DNA of 64,000 bases, taken from contig CP166615.1 in the NCBI GenBank assembly GCA_041937175.2, positions 4,384,001 to 4,448,000 on the forward strand, read 5' to 3'. Made by a program: the position numbers and the translations under genes. This DNA is from Limnothrix sp. BL-A-16 (GTDB taxonomy: Bacteria; Cyanobacteriota; Cyanobacteriia; CACIAM-69d). Shown here in pieces: positions 31,419 through 41,700 of this stretch. The notes under the pieces are model-generated. The model searched no databases. It had not been told where the DNA came from and was given only the letters and a program-made list of their open reading frames with translations. How positions within the stretch are numbered: position 1 is the first letter of the stretch; every line of letters begins with the position of its first letter.

Positions 31419-32651
31419 GCGATCGGGACAGCAGCCAGTGGCCTTGGTTCGATCGTGGGGCGATGTTTAACCGCAGATCGCTAGGGGCCAGAATTCGCCA
31501 GCAGCGGGCCCGCATCTCCGGCCATGCCGATCCGATCGTGCTCGCCAGGCCGCAGCCATTCAAGTTGGGGCTTGGAAGATGGCTATTCAGACCCTCCAAA
31601 GGTCTCCATTCAAACAGGATCACAAATAGCCCTCCACTTTTTCCTCCTTTAAACATTCTTGCGATCGCAAAATTAGGCCCCAAGAAATCCGGTGAGCCTC
31701 CCTTGAACCTCCTTGCCATCTTGGAGCCATCCAGATTCTGAAGGAGATTGTATTGAAATTAACAAATCAAGGAACCCCAACGCCCAATGAAAATATTTGA
31801 GACTCATCCTATGTAACTTTCAATACTTGCTATTTCCTTGGAGTTGCTCTTTAAAAATTCAAGTTAAGAACCGTAAACAAAACTAAGTTTTAGAGATGCT
31901 GAAATCCTGTAAAGCGAGCAATGCTTAGGTTTTGTCCTTTACTTCCGCATAGTCAACCAAGGAGTATCATCTCCATAAACCGATCCATAAACATAATTTT
32001 ATTATTGGATATTTTGTTGCCAGGATTTCCTTGGCAACCCTATCATCGGAATTAGGGGCTGATGATATACTCGACAAAGGGGGTAACCACAGGTTAACGT
32101 TTGAAGTGCCACCAAGCTTTTACCGAAATTTCGTCCGATAGGTTCCTCATCGAAAATTTCGGTTATAGAACGTCTTAACCTTTTGTGGAAAATGCCTTTT
32201 GGTTCTCAGGTGAACTAATTTGGTATTCACTACTAATGACCAATCAAGGGCAATCAATCTTGATCCAGAAAAGTTCGCTGCCGAAAAACTGTATAACATC
32301 GAACCAAATTCAAAAATTCTACCCAAAGAATCAAAATTGCTTTTGCTTATCTGTCAAAAACTAACATCAATTAAGTTTTGATTGATTTGCTCTTTTTCTC
32401 AAAAATTAATAATCTTTCATCGTTTTCAGGCGTTTTTCGTGCTTTCAAGCTCTGCTTTTGGCAGGATGAGTTTGCTTTAACTTGATTTTGACTAGCGAAT
32501 TGATTCCGAATTGGCACAATTTCCGCTACTTGTACGATTGCCGATCAATTGTGACCCAGTTGTTAAAACTAGCCGATGTCAGAGCTTCTATAACGATCTT
32601 GGGCCTGGTCAATATTCCTGAAAGATTGAGATTCAAAATCCTTCATGACCA

Positions 32652-35600
32652 ATGAATGACCTTAATCAAAGTGCTGAACAAAGTTATCAAGTTGATGTTC
32701 AGCTCCAAGACCCTGTTATTCGTGACTATTGCGTTTTTGAGCAACCAACACTGCCGTTTAGTTGCTTACTAGATCTGATCCTTCGGATTGCAATGAGTCG
32801 CAATGCAAGACTAAACGAGGATCAAACAGAATTAGTCATTAATCATTTGCACTATATTCGTCCAATCGTTTTCAGGGGGTCTCAGAAGCATCATTTACGA
32901 GTGGTATTTCAGCCCATGGAATCGGAGGCGCGAATTACCAGAACTCGAATCACAGTGGCAGGCGCTGAGGCGGCTCAAGGTTCGGAAGACCAAGGCCACT
33001 GGCAACTTTATTTGCATTGCCAACTTGAAACAAAAAAGTTAGCAACAGAGGGGCCTGCTCGATCGCCTCTGCCTCTATCTTTGCTGCGTCATTTAGATAG
33101 CCATGAGCCTAGTGATAGTTGGCCACATCGGATCGCAGAATTGCAAGAATTGGGCTTGCAGTTAGGCGAGTTTTATCAAGGCCAAGGTGCTTTGTGGCGA
33201 ACTGAAGAATGGCTTGTGACCCGGTGGCAACTCAGCTCACTGGCAGCGGGATATGGTCACAGTTTTCTGCTGCACCCGGCTTGGCTCACGGCGGCGTTGC
33301 TGATGCCGGTAGGCGAGGCGGCGATGGTGCAGCGCGGGATTCCGCTGGTGTCGGAGGTGGCTTCCTGTCGGGTTTGGCGGCCGGGGGTGGCGATCGACTA
33401 TGCGGCAATACCGTTGCCCGGGTCGCAAGACCGTTTCGATCTGCTGTTGTTGGCGGCTGATGGTCAATTGGTGGCATCGCTGGAGGGGTGTGTTGTGTCT
33501 TGGGTGCAGAATGGGGCTGATTTCCTGGGCCGATCGGGGCCGGCGGCGGTGGGGCCCGGCCTCGATCGGCTGTCTGACTCACTGGGGGCTGGCTTCTCGC
33601 GGCCGGTCACCTTCACTTCGGCGGATCCGATGCTGCGAGATCATCGGGTGCGATCGCTTGGGGTGGTTCCGGGGGGCTATTTCTTAACGATGTTGTTGGC
33701 GGCTGGGGCCGCCGGAGCGCCTGCCAGATCCCGATCGCAGTGGCGCGATGTGCGGTTTTTGGCCCCGGCGGTGGTCGATCGCGACCCACTGACCGTAATG
33801 TTGCAGACCGGCGGCCAAGGGGCCGAAGGGGAAATTTTCCAAATTGTGGACTCGGCGGGACAGGTGTTTTGTCGGGCCACCCACGGTGGCCCGGCCAAGC
33901 CAGCCCCGGCCCTGTTGGAGCAAGCACCGGAGTTAACCGCCCAGACAATGGCGGCGGCAACGGTTTACGACGCGATCGCCCTGCGGCAATTTTTCTTGGC
34001 CCGGGGTTTGGACTATGGCTTCAGTTGCCAATGCCTAACCCAAGTGACGGTTTTGCAGGACTGGGCTTGGGGAGAGGTTCGGGAAACGGGGGGCGAAGAC
34101 TGGGCGATCGTGGATGCGGCATTTCAGGTGGCGGCCGCGTTGCTGGCGAATGGGGCTAACCCGGTGGGTGCATTACCCCAACCGGCCGATTCCTTGAATT
34201 CCCGTGACCTCCAACGGGAACCAAAACCCGCGCCGCCCTTGGAGCCGTTATTAGTGCCCTACGGCATTGATGCCTGCTGGTTAGATGGCTCGCTGGTGGA
34301 TGTGCGGCGGATTGGGGTGCGCTGTACCCATCGCCGATCGCGCGGTGGGCAATTTGATCTGATGGGCTTGGATCGCCACGGCAATCGAGTGTTTCTGATT
34401 CAAGGGGGGCGGTTGCAAATGGCCCAATGGCAACCCGCGCAAGGGCAGCAATCGGCTGCACCCGAGCCTCCTAGGCCCGATCGGGAACCCCCCTCAGAGC
34501 CGATCGACCAGGAGCCGTTGCGATGGTTCCAGCCCCAATGGCGACCTTGCCCCGCCCCGAACCTGGCCAGCGAAACGGTGTTGGAAGAGGCGGGTTGGGG
34601 GTTGCTTTGCTCCGCTCAGGGGCCGGTTCCGGCGGTGATTCACGAGGCGGCGATGCTGGCCCACCGGGGACAGGTGCTTGAGCAATGGCCCGATCGCCCT
34701 GACTCTGCCCCAACCATCACCACGGTTTGGTATTGGCCCGCGATCGGGGAGGAAGGGCCGATCTTGCTATGGCGGTTCCTGAAGACGCTTCAGGAGCGAT
34801 TCCCCTCCCCAACGCCCTTAGCGCTACGGGTGATCACAATGGGGGCGGCGGCGGTGGAACCCACCGAAACCCCGCAACCGGATGCGGCGGCGATCGTGGG
34901 CTTGCTGCACAGTTTGGCGGCGGAGTCTCCCCATTGGCAGATGGGCCATGTGGATGTGAATGAGACCTGGCTGGCTAACGGCCAAGCGTCCTCCCTGCTA
35001 GCAGCTTTGACGATTAATCTGTCGGCGACTTCCCAGCGCTGTGAGCTGGCGCTGCGATCGAGCGGTCTCTATCGGCGTGACCTGGTTGCCATCCCAGTTC
35101 CCCCCACGCCTGCAACCCCATCGCCCTTGCCCCTCAGACCCGGCGGGGTTTACGTCATTGCGGGTGGCGCAGGAGGCATTGGAGCCGCCCTGGCCCAGCG
35201 ATGGGCCGCCAGGATCCCGGGGCTGCGGCTGGCGTTGTTGGGGCGGCGGCCGTTGGATGCAGCGATTCAAGAACTCCTGCAAGCCTTGATCACCGCCGGA
35301 GCCACGGCCATCTATGAGGCGGTGGATATTACAGATGCGGCCGCGATCGAGTCCCTGTTTGCCACCCTGCGATCGCGCTATGGCGCAATCCACGGCGTGA
35401 TTCATTCCGCCCTGGTGCTGCGGGATGGCCTGTTGGCACAAATGAGCGAGACCGACTTTCAGGTCGCTTTTGGGGTCAAGGCCGCGGGCATCCGGGCCTT
35501 GGCCCAGGCCACGGTTCTTGATCGGCTGGACTTTTTCGCTTGTTTTTCGTCCTTGAATTCCTTCCTTGGCAATGCGGGCCAGGGGAATTACGTGGCCGGC

Positions 35601-38600
35601 TGTGCCTACCAAGATGCCTACATGACCCAGATGCAGCGGCAACGCCCGGCGGTTCACTGGGTGGTCTGTAACTGGGGCTACTGGGGCGAAAGCGGCCGAG
35701 TCACTGCGCCCATGTATCGCAAACGACTTCAGCGGCTAGGGATTGGGGCCATTGGCACGGAAGAAGGCCTGGCCGCCTTTGAACAACTCCTGGCCAGCCA
35801 TGCGACCCAAGTGGCCATCTTCCGAGGCACTGATGCCCTTTGCGATCGGCTCGGTTGTGTTGCCCGATCGCCTGAGGTCAGCGAGCCAGACCCGATCGCA
35901 AAGGGCCGCTCGTCACCGGCTGAGGTCACCACCGCCGCTGCCATTGAGGCCTTTTTGCAAGGGTTTGCGGCGCTGGATCAGTTGGCGATTGCGGGGCTGA
36001 GGCAAATTGCAACCCGCTTACCTGCTCAGGCGGTGATCCCTTCCCTCCAGCGTCTTTATGAGCATCTGGGAACCCTGCCGCCCACGGCCTGGGAAGCGCA
36101 AGATCCAGCGGCTCAAAGCTATCGGTTACGTCAGCAGGCCCAACAGGCTCCGGGGGTTGGCCCTTGGTTGGCCCTGCTCGATCGCTGTCTTCAGCACTAT
36201 GAATCGGTGCTGCGAGGCGAGGCGATCGCGCCAGAGGTGCTCTTTCCCGGTGGATCCTCAGCCCTAGTGGAAGCGGTCTATCAAGGCAATCCGCCGGCTG
36301 ATCACTTCAGTTACCAGATGGCCACCCGCATTCAGCAGCGAATGCAGCAGCAGGATGGCCCCTTACGCGTTTTGGAAGTGGGCGCGGGAACAGGCGCTTC
36401 AACCACAGCCATTTTGCGGCAGCTTCAGGGCCAGACTGATCGCCTGGATTACTGGTTCACCGACATTTCCCCCACCCTAGTGCGGAGTGCAGCCAAACGC
36501 CTGGGACCCACCTATCCCCCGCTGCAGTTTCACACCCTTGATCTTGAGCAGCCGATCGACCCGGATTTGCTGAACGCCTTCGATGTGGTGGCCGCTACCA
36601 ACGTGATTCACGCCACCCGCAACATTCACCATTCCCTCACCCAGTTGGGGCAATTACTACGGCCCGGGGGCTTGTTGCTTCTGAATGAGCTGACCCAAAG
36701 CTCGCCCCTGTTGACTGCCACCTTTGGCCTGATGCCCGGTTGGTGGTTGTTTGTGGATGAAACCGAACGGATTGCCGGGTCTCCGCTGCTGACGGCCGAT
36801 CGATGGCAACTGTATCTGACGGCCACCGGTTTCGGGGCGGTGGAAATCAGTCAACTCCCCGCCAACCCGGTTTATGGCCAAGCCTTGCTCAGTGCTGAGA
36901 AGTCCCCGTCAGCTCTTCCAACCTCACCTCCTGTCACCATGGCAGCACCCCCAGCTCCCGATCGCCCGGAGATTGCTAGCGCCTTGAGTTCCCCGATCGC
37001 ACCATCCACCGCCAATCCCGTCACCCAACCCGCTGTCAACATCAGCGCTTTGGAAGTCCAAATTCGGGGTCTGGTGGCGGATTGTTTGGAAGTTGCCCCC
37101 GAGGAAATTGAAGCGGAAGGGCGGTTTGCGGACTATGGCTTGGACTCGATCAGCGCTGTGGATCTGATTCGATCGGTCAATCAAGCCTTTGGGTTAGAGT
37201 TGCGCACCACCGTGCTGTTTGACTATCCCACGGCCCGCAGCTTGGCCCAGCACTTGCAAACCCTGCCCAACTTGCAGGCTCCGTTGGAGTCGATTCCCGC
37301 CGCCGTTGCGCCACCGAATTTGGCAATCTCCAACCCCCTCGCCGCTCCCACGGCTTCGGTTTCCCCTGTGGCCCCCACTCTCCCCAGCCTGGATGGGTTG
37401 GAAACCCAGGTGCGGGGCTTGGTGGCGGATTGTTTGGAAATTGCCCCCGAGGAAATTGAAGCGGAGGGGCGGTTTGCGGACTATGGACTGGACTCGATCA
37501 GCGCTGTGGATCTGATTCGATCGGTCAATCAAGCCTTTGGGTTAGAGTTGCGCACCACCGTGCTGTTTGACTATCCCACGGTGCGCAGCTTAGCCCAGCA
37601 CTTGCAAGCGTTGCTGCCAATGGCTGTTGCGCCAACGGCTGATCCGGTTGCTAGTCAGTCCAATTTCACGCAGCCTAATCCAGAGACTCGCCCGGCCGCT
37701 GGTTCCCCGATCGCCCCGCCCCGCCCTGACAACGGCCCGCCGGTCAGCGTTCCCAGCCCCACCCCCGATCGGCCCCGAACTGCCCGATCGACCGCAGCAG
37801 CCATTCCCGACGTTGATTTCTCATCCCTGACCTTCCCCAGAGCCGTTTGGTTAACGCAACCCGGCTCCGTTGCCCAAGTGCAGTGGCGATCGCAGCCCAT
37901 CACCCCTCCGGCGGCGGATCAGGTGCAAATTGCCGTGCGCGCCGCCGCCCTCAACTTTGGCGATCTGCTTTGCATCAAAGGTCTCTATCCCACGATGCCG
38001 TCCTATCCCATGACTCCGGGGTTTGAGGTGTCGGGGGAAATCATTGCCCTGGGGGCCAATGTCCAAAACTTCCAAGTGGGCGACCAGGTGATGGCGCTAC
38101 TGGGGGAATCCTTGGGCGGACTGGCGGAAATTGTGAACGCCGATGCGGTACTGGCGGTGCGCAAACCCGCCACCGTCAGCCACGAAACCGCTGCGGCCTT
38201 CCCCGTCACTTGGCTGACGGCCCACCAAGCCATTGAGCGGGCCCGACTGCAACCGGGAGAGCGCATTTTGATCCAAACGGCGGCGGGGGCCACGGGGCTT
38301 CATGCGGTGCGTATGGCCTTGGCGATCGGGGCGGAAGTGTTTGCCACCGCCGGCAGTGCCCATAAGCTGGACTATTTGCGCCAAGTCGGGGTGCATCACG
38401 CCATTGCCTATCGGGAATTGGACTTTCAGACGGAAGTCATGCGCCTGAGCGAAGGGCGCGGGGTGGATGTGGTGATTAACACCCTGGCGGGGGATGCGAT
38501 TCCCAAGGGCTTGCGGTGTTTGGCTCCCGGTGGGCGCTATGTGGAATTGGCCATGACGGCCTGGAAAACGTCGGCCGCCCTGGATCTGTCCACCTTGGTG

Positions 38601-38798
38601 GATAACCAATCGGTTTTGAGCTTGGACTTGCGGCGGTGGTTCCTGCGCCGATCGCCCGAAGTGCCCTTGGCTTTGGAGGACATGGCTGGGCCTGGCCTAG
38701 AGGCCGGCGAAGGCATGGTCGATCGCACCTTTTCGCTGGCGGAGGTGCGATCGGCCTGGCCTACCTGGAAAGTCGGCAAAGCATCGGCAAGGTGGTGA
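32652..38798 (+). CDS. Trans-AT PKS 2, 5' part: DH(0)-DH-KR-cMT-ACP-ACP-ER; probably continuous with 38636-47842 across a frameshift
   Basis: First DH lacks the His (RDYCVFEQPTLP). Second DH: RDHRVRSLGVVPG. KR: GGAGGIG/GQGNY. cMT: LEVGAGTG/NVIHAT. Two GLDS ACPs. MDR-type ER: ALNFGDL, TPGFEVSG, LIQTAAGATG. Confidence 0.9.
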   Translation: MNDLNQSAEQSYQVDVQLQDPVIRDYCVFEQPTLPFSCLLDLILRIAMSRNARLNEDQTELVINHLHYIRPIVFRGSQKHHLRVVFQPMESEARITRTRITVAGAEAAQGSEDQGHWQLYLHCQLETKKLATEGPARSPLPLSLLRHLDSHEPSDSWPHRIAELQELGLQLGEFYQGQGALWRTEEWLVTRWQLSSLAAGYGHSFLLHPAWLTAALLMPVGEAAMVQRGIPLVSEVASCRVWRPGVAIDYAAIPLPGSQDRFDLLLLAADGQLVASLEGCVVSWVQNGADFLGRSGPAAVGPGLDRLSDSLGAGFSRPVTFTSADPMLRDHRVRSLGVVPGGYFLTMLLAAGAAGAPARSRSQWRDVRFLAPAVVDRDPLTVMLQTGGQGAEGEIFQIVDSAGQVFCRATHGGPAKPAPALLEQAPELTAQTMAAATVYDAIALRQFFLARGLDYGFSCQCLTQVTVLQDWAWGEVRETGGEDWAIVDAAFQVAAALLANGANPVGALPQPADSLNSRDLQREPKPAPPLEPLLVPYGIDACWLDGSLVDVRRIGVRCTHRRSRGGQFDLMGLDRHGNRVFLIQGGRLQMAQWQPAQGQQSAAPEPPRPDREPPSEPIDQEPLRWFQPQWRPCPAPNLASETVLEEAGWGLLCSAQGPVPAVIHEAAMLAHRGQVLEQWPDRPDSAPTITTVWYWPAIGEEGPILLWRFLKTLQERFPSPTPLALRVITMGAAAVEPTETPQPDAAAIVGLLHSLAAESPHWQMGHVDVNETWLANGQASSLLAALTINLSATSQRCELALRSSGLYRRDLVAIPVPPTPATPSPLPLRPGGVYVIAGGAGGIGAALAQRWAARIPGLRLALLGRRPLDAAIQELLQALITAGATAIYEAVDITDAAAIESLFATLRSRYGAIHGVIHSALVLRDGLLAQMSETDFQVAFGVKAAGIRALAQATVLDRLDFFACFSSLNSFLGNAGQGNYVAGCAYQDAYMTQMQRQRPAVHWVVCNWGYWGESGRVTAPMYRKRLQRLGIGAIGTEEGLAAFEQLLASHATQVAIFRGTDALCDRLGCVARSPEVSEPDPIAKGRSSPAEVTTAAAIEAFLQGFAALDQLAIAGLRQIATRLPAQAVIPSLQRLYEHLGTLPPTAWEAQDPAAQSYRLRQQAQQAPGVGPWLALLDRCLQHYESVLRGEAIAPEVLFPGGSSALVEAVYQGNPPADHFSYQMATRIQQRMQQQDGPLRVLEVGAGTGASTTAILRQLQGQTDRLDYWFTDISPTLVRSAAKRLGPTYPPLQFHTLDLEQPIDPDLLNAFDVVAATNVIHATRNIHHSLTQLGQLLRPGGLLLLNELTQSSPLLTATFGLMPGWWLFVDETERIAGSPLLTADRWQLYLTATGFGAVEISQLPANPVYGQALLSAEKSPSALPTSPPVTMAAPPAPDRPEIASALSSPIAPSTANPVTQPAVNISALEVQIRGLVADCLEVAPEEIEAEGRFADYGLDSISAVDLIRSVNQAFGLELRTTVLFDYPTARSLAQHLQTLPNLQAPLESIPAAVAPPNLAISNPLAAPTASVSPVAPTLPSLDGLETQVRGLVADCLEIAPEEIEAEGRFADYGLDSISAVDLIRSVNQAFGLELRTTVLFDYPTVRSLAQHLQALLPMAVAPTADPVASQSNFTQPNPETRPAAGSPIAPPRPDNGPPVSVPSPTPDRPRTARSTAAAIPDVDFSSLTFPRAVWLTQPGSVAQVQWRSQPITPPAADQVQIAVRAAALNFGDLLCIKGLYPTMPSYPMTPGFEVSGEIIALGANVQNFQVGDQVMALLGESLGGLAEIVNADAVLAVRKPATVSHETAAAFPVTWLTAHQAIERARLQPGERILIQTAAGATGLHAVRMALAIGAEVFATAGSAHKLDYLRQVGVHHAIAYRELDFQTEVMRLSEGRGVDVVINTLAGDAIPKGLRCLAPGGRYVELAMTAWKTSAALDLSTLVDNQSVLSLDLRRWFLRRSPEVPLALEDMAGPGLEAGEGMVDRTFSLAEVRSAWPTWKVGKASARW
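37053..37608 (+). repeat. Near-identical direct repeat (~205 bp, offset 348 bp) encoding tandem ACPs
   Basis: ~37053-37260 and ~37401-37608 differ at only a few positions. Both encode ...FADYGLDSISAVDLIRSVNQAFGLELRTTVLFDYPT. Confidence 0.9.
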
Positions 38799-41700
38799 TT
38801 ACGATGCCAACACCCCCGGCCCCCAGCACCCGCAACCCGCGCCGAGGTGCTGAAAGTGCCGTCCTGGCAGGGGTGATTGAGGGGGCCGATCGCGCTATTC
38901 CCGAGCCGATCGCGATCGTGGGCATGAGCGGCCGTTTTCCCGATGCGCCGACCCTCAACGACTTTTGGCAAAACCTGCAACGGGGGGTTGGATCCTGCGG
39001 CCCGGTTCCGCCCGATCGTTGGGATCCCGAAGCCTTAGCCACCCAAACGGGCGATCCGGACTACCGGCACTATTGCCGATTCGGAGCCTTCTTGGATCGG
39101 GTTCACGATTGGGATCCGCTCTTTTTCCGGATCACCGGGGTGGAAGCACAACTCATGAGTCCCGAGCAGCGGTTGTTCTTGACCGAAGCTTGGCAGGCCT
39201 TGGAGGATGCGGGCATTCCCGATCGACAGCTCAACGGCACTGATTGTGGCATTTTTGTGGCCGCCGGAGCCGGGGACTACGGCCGCTGGTTGGAACAGGG
39301 GGGCGTGAACCCCGATGGCCATGTGTTGATTGGCAACAATGTGGCCATTTTGGGCGCTCGACTCGCCTACTTCCTGAACTTGCAGGGGCCCTGCTTAACG
39401 GTGAATACGGCCTGCTCCTCGTCCTTGGTGGCGATCGACCTAGCCTGTCAGTCCCTGCGATCGGGGCGCTGTCAAACCGCGATCGCCGGAGGAACCTTCA
39501 TCATGCACACCCCCCAATTCCATTTGCTGTGTGGTAAGGCGGGAATGGTATCGCCCTCGGGGCAGTTGCGGGCCTTTGCGGCCGGAGCCGATGGCTTTGT
39601 GCCCGGTGAAGGAATTGCCGTGGTGGTGCTGAAACGATTGCGGGATGCCTTGGCCGAGGGCGATCGAATTCATGGGGTGATTCGGAGTATTAGTGTCAAC
39701 CAAGATGGCTTAAGCAATGGCATTACCGCCCCCAACAGCCAAAGCCAAAGCGCCTTGCAACGTCGGGTCTATGCGGAAGCCGACATTGACCCGGCCACCA
39801 TTACCTATGTGGAAGCCCATGGCACGGGCACAGCCCTCGGGGATCCCATTGAGTTTGAAGCAATCACGCGCGTCTTTCGGGAAAAGACGGAAGCCAACGA
39901 GTTTTGTGCCCTTGGCTCCGTCAAAACCAATATCGGTCACACCGTCTATACCGCCGGTCTCGCGGGCTTGCTGAAAGTGCTGTTGGCCTTTAAGCACCAG
40001 CAAATTCCCCCGTCCTTAAACTTCGAGACCCCCAACCTGGATATTTGCTTGGCGGACAGTCCGTTCTATGTGAATCGGGAACTGCTCCCCTGGCAACCGC
40101 CGGCCGGAATCCCACGCCGGGCCACGGTCAGTTCCTTTGGCTTCAGTGGCACGAATTGCCATCTGGTGTTGGATGAGCCACCGGCCGTGAACTCGGCCCG
40201 CCTCAATCCGGCTGGTCATGCCCCGATCGCGGAGTTGTTTCTGGTTTCGGCCAAGTCAGAAGCTGCCCTGCAACGGCGGTGTCAGGACTTGGCGGATTTC
40301 CTGACGGCTAACCCGCAATTGTCGCTCCGGCGGTTGGCGGCCAATTTGGCCACGCGCCGCAGCCACTTCCGCTACCGCGTGGCTTGGGTTGCCGATCAAC
40401 CGGCCACGCTTCAGACCTATCTTCTGGCCCAGGCGACGGCCCCTTGCGCAGACATTGAAGTGTTGGCGGCCCCCAGCACGGCGGCGAGCCTGTTGGCAGG
40501 AGCCGCGATCGCCACGGGAGCCGGCCGCTGGCAAGTGTTGGAGTCCTTGGGCGAACTCTATCGATCGGGCCATGACCTGGATTGGGAACGGCTCTATTCC
40601 AAGGCGGTGGCCTATCCCCTGGATTTGCCAGCCTATCCCTGGCTACCGGTGCGCTGTTCGCCGCAATTGGCCCAGGCCAGTTCCTTGCCAGTGGCCCCTG
40701 GGGCTGAGGATGGGACAAGCGATCGATCACCCGATCGCCCTGTTGATCCGCCGGTTAATCCAGCCGCCCATCAGGCTGTCGATCGCCCCGTCGATCCGCC
40801 AATTAATCCAGCGGTTCATCAACCAGTTGCTCAACTCGTCGATCCGCCAGCGAATTCGCCCACCAATTCGCCAGTCGATCGCCCATCCCCAGAACAAGAC
40901 ACCGACTACATTGCATCCCTGGCTCAAGTGCGGCAATTGCTCGCCACAACCTTGGCTATTCCTCCCGATCGCCTCACCCGCTTTGAGCCTTGGAATCGCT
41001 TCGGTCTGGACTCGCTGCTGATCAAAAAACTCAACGCCCGGTTGAGCCAAGTCTTTGGCCCAGTGCCCCCGAGCCTGTTTTTTGAGCAGCGGAATCTGCA
41101 CGAACTCACCCTGTTTTTGCAGCAGACCTATCCTGAACACTTTGCCGAATCCGTGGCCGAGTCTGGGTTGCCCGATTTAACTGAATCATCGGAACTGCCC
41201 AAGAACCAGGAACCCCCGAACCCGCCCCAGGCGACCCAAGGCATGGGAATGCAGACCAATGGGGCGCAGGAGGCCAATGGAACCCATACCAACGGACTGC
41301 CCGAGACCAACGGAACCCATACCAACGGAATCCATGAAACCAATGGGACTCACGCCCCGGCGATCGATCCCACCGGAATCAAACCCCAAGCGGAACCCGC
41401 CCCCCGATCGCTAGAGATTGCTGTGATTGGCATGGCGGGGCGCTATCCCGGCGCGTCAACGATCCAGGATTTTTGGCAACAGTTGGCGGCGGGCCAAGAA
41501 GCGATCCAAGAAGTGCCGTCCGATCGCTGGAACCATGACCTCATTTACGACCCGGATCCCCACAACCCCACCACCAGCTACACCCGTTGGGGCGGTTTTT
41601 TGGATCAGGTCGATCGCTTCGATGCCCTGTTCTTCGGCATTTCTCCCAAGGAGGCCGAGGTCATGGATCCCCAAGAGCGGCTGTTTCTGGAAGTCTGTTG

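Noticed and set aside
31415..31741. 108-aa ORF after PKS 1 (and antisense 31405-31719)
   Set aside because: No PKS or other motif; it spans the GC-to-AT transition and looks non-coding.
31813..31826. NtcA-like box GTA-N8-TAC
   Set aside because: No properly spaced TAN3T -10 element follows, it lies ~830 bp from the next start, and the motif is expected by chance. Not called as a feature.
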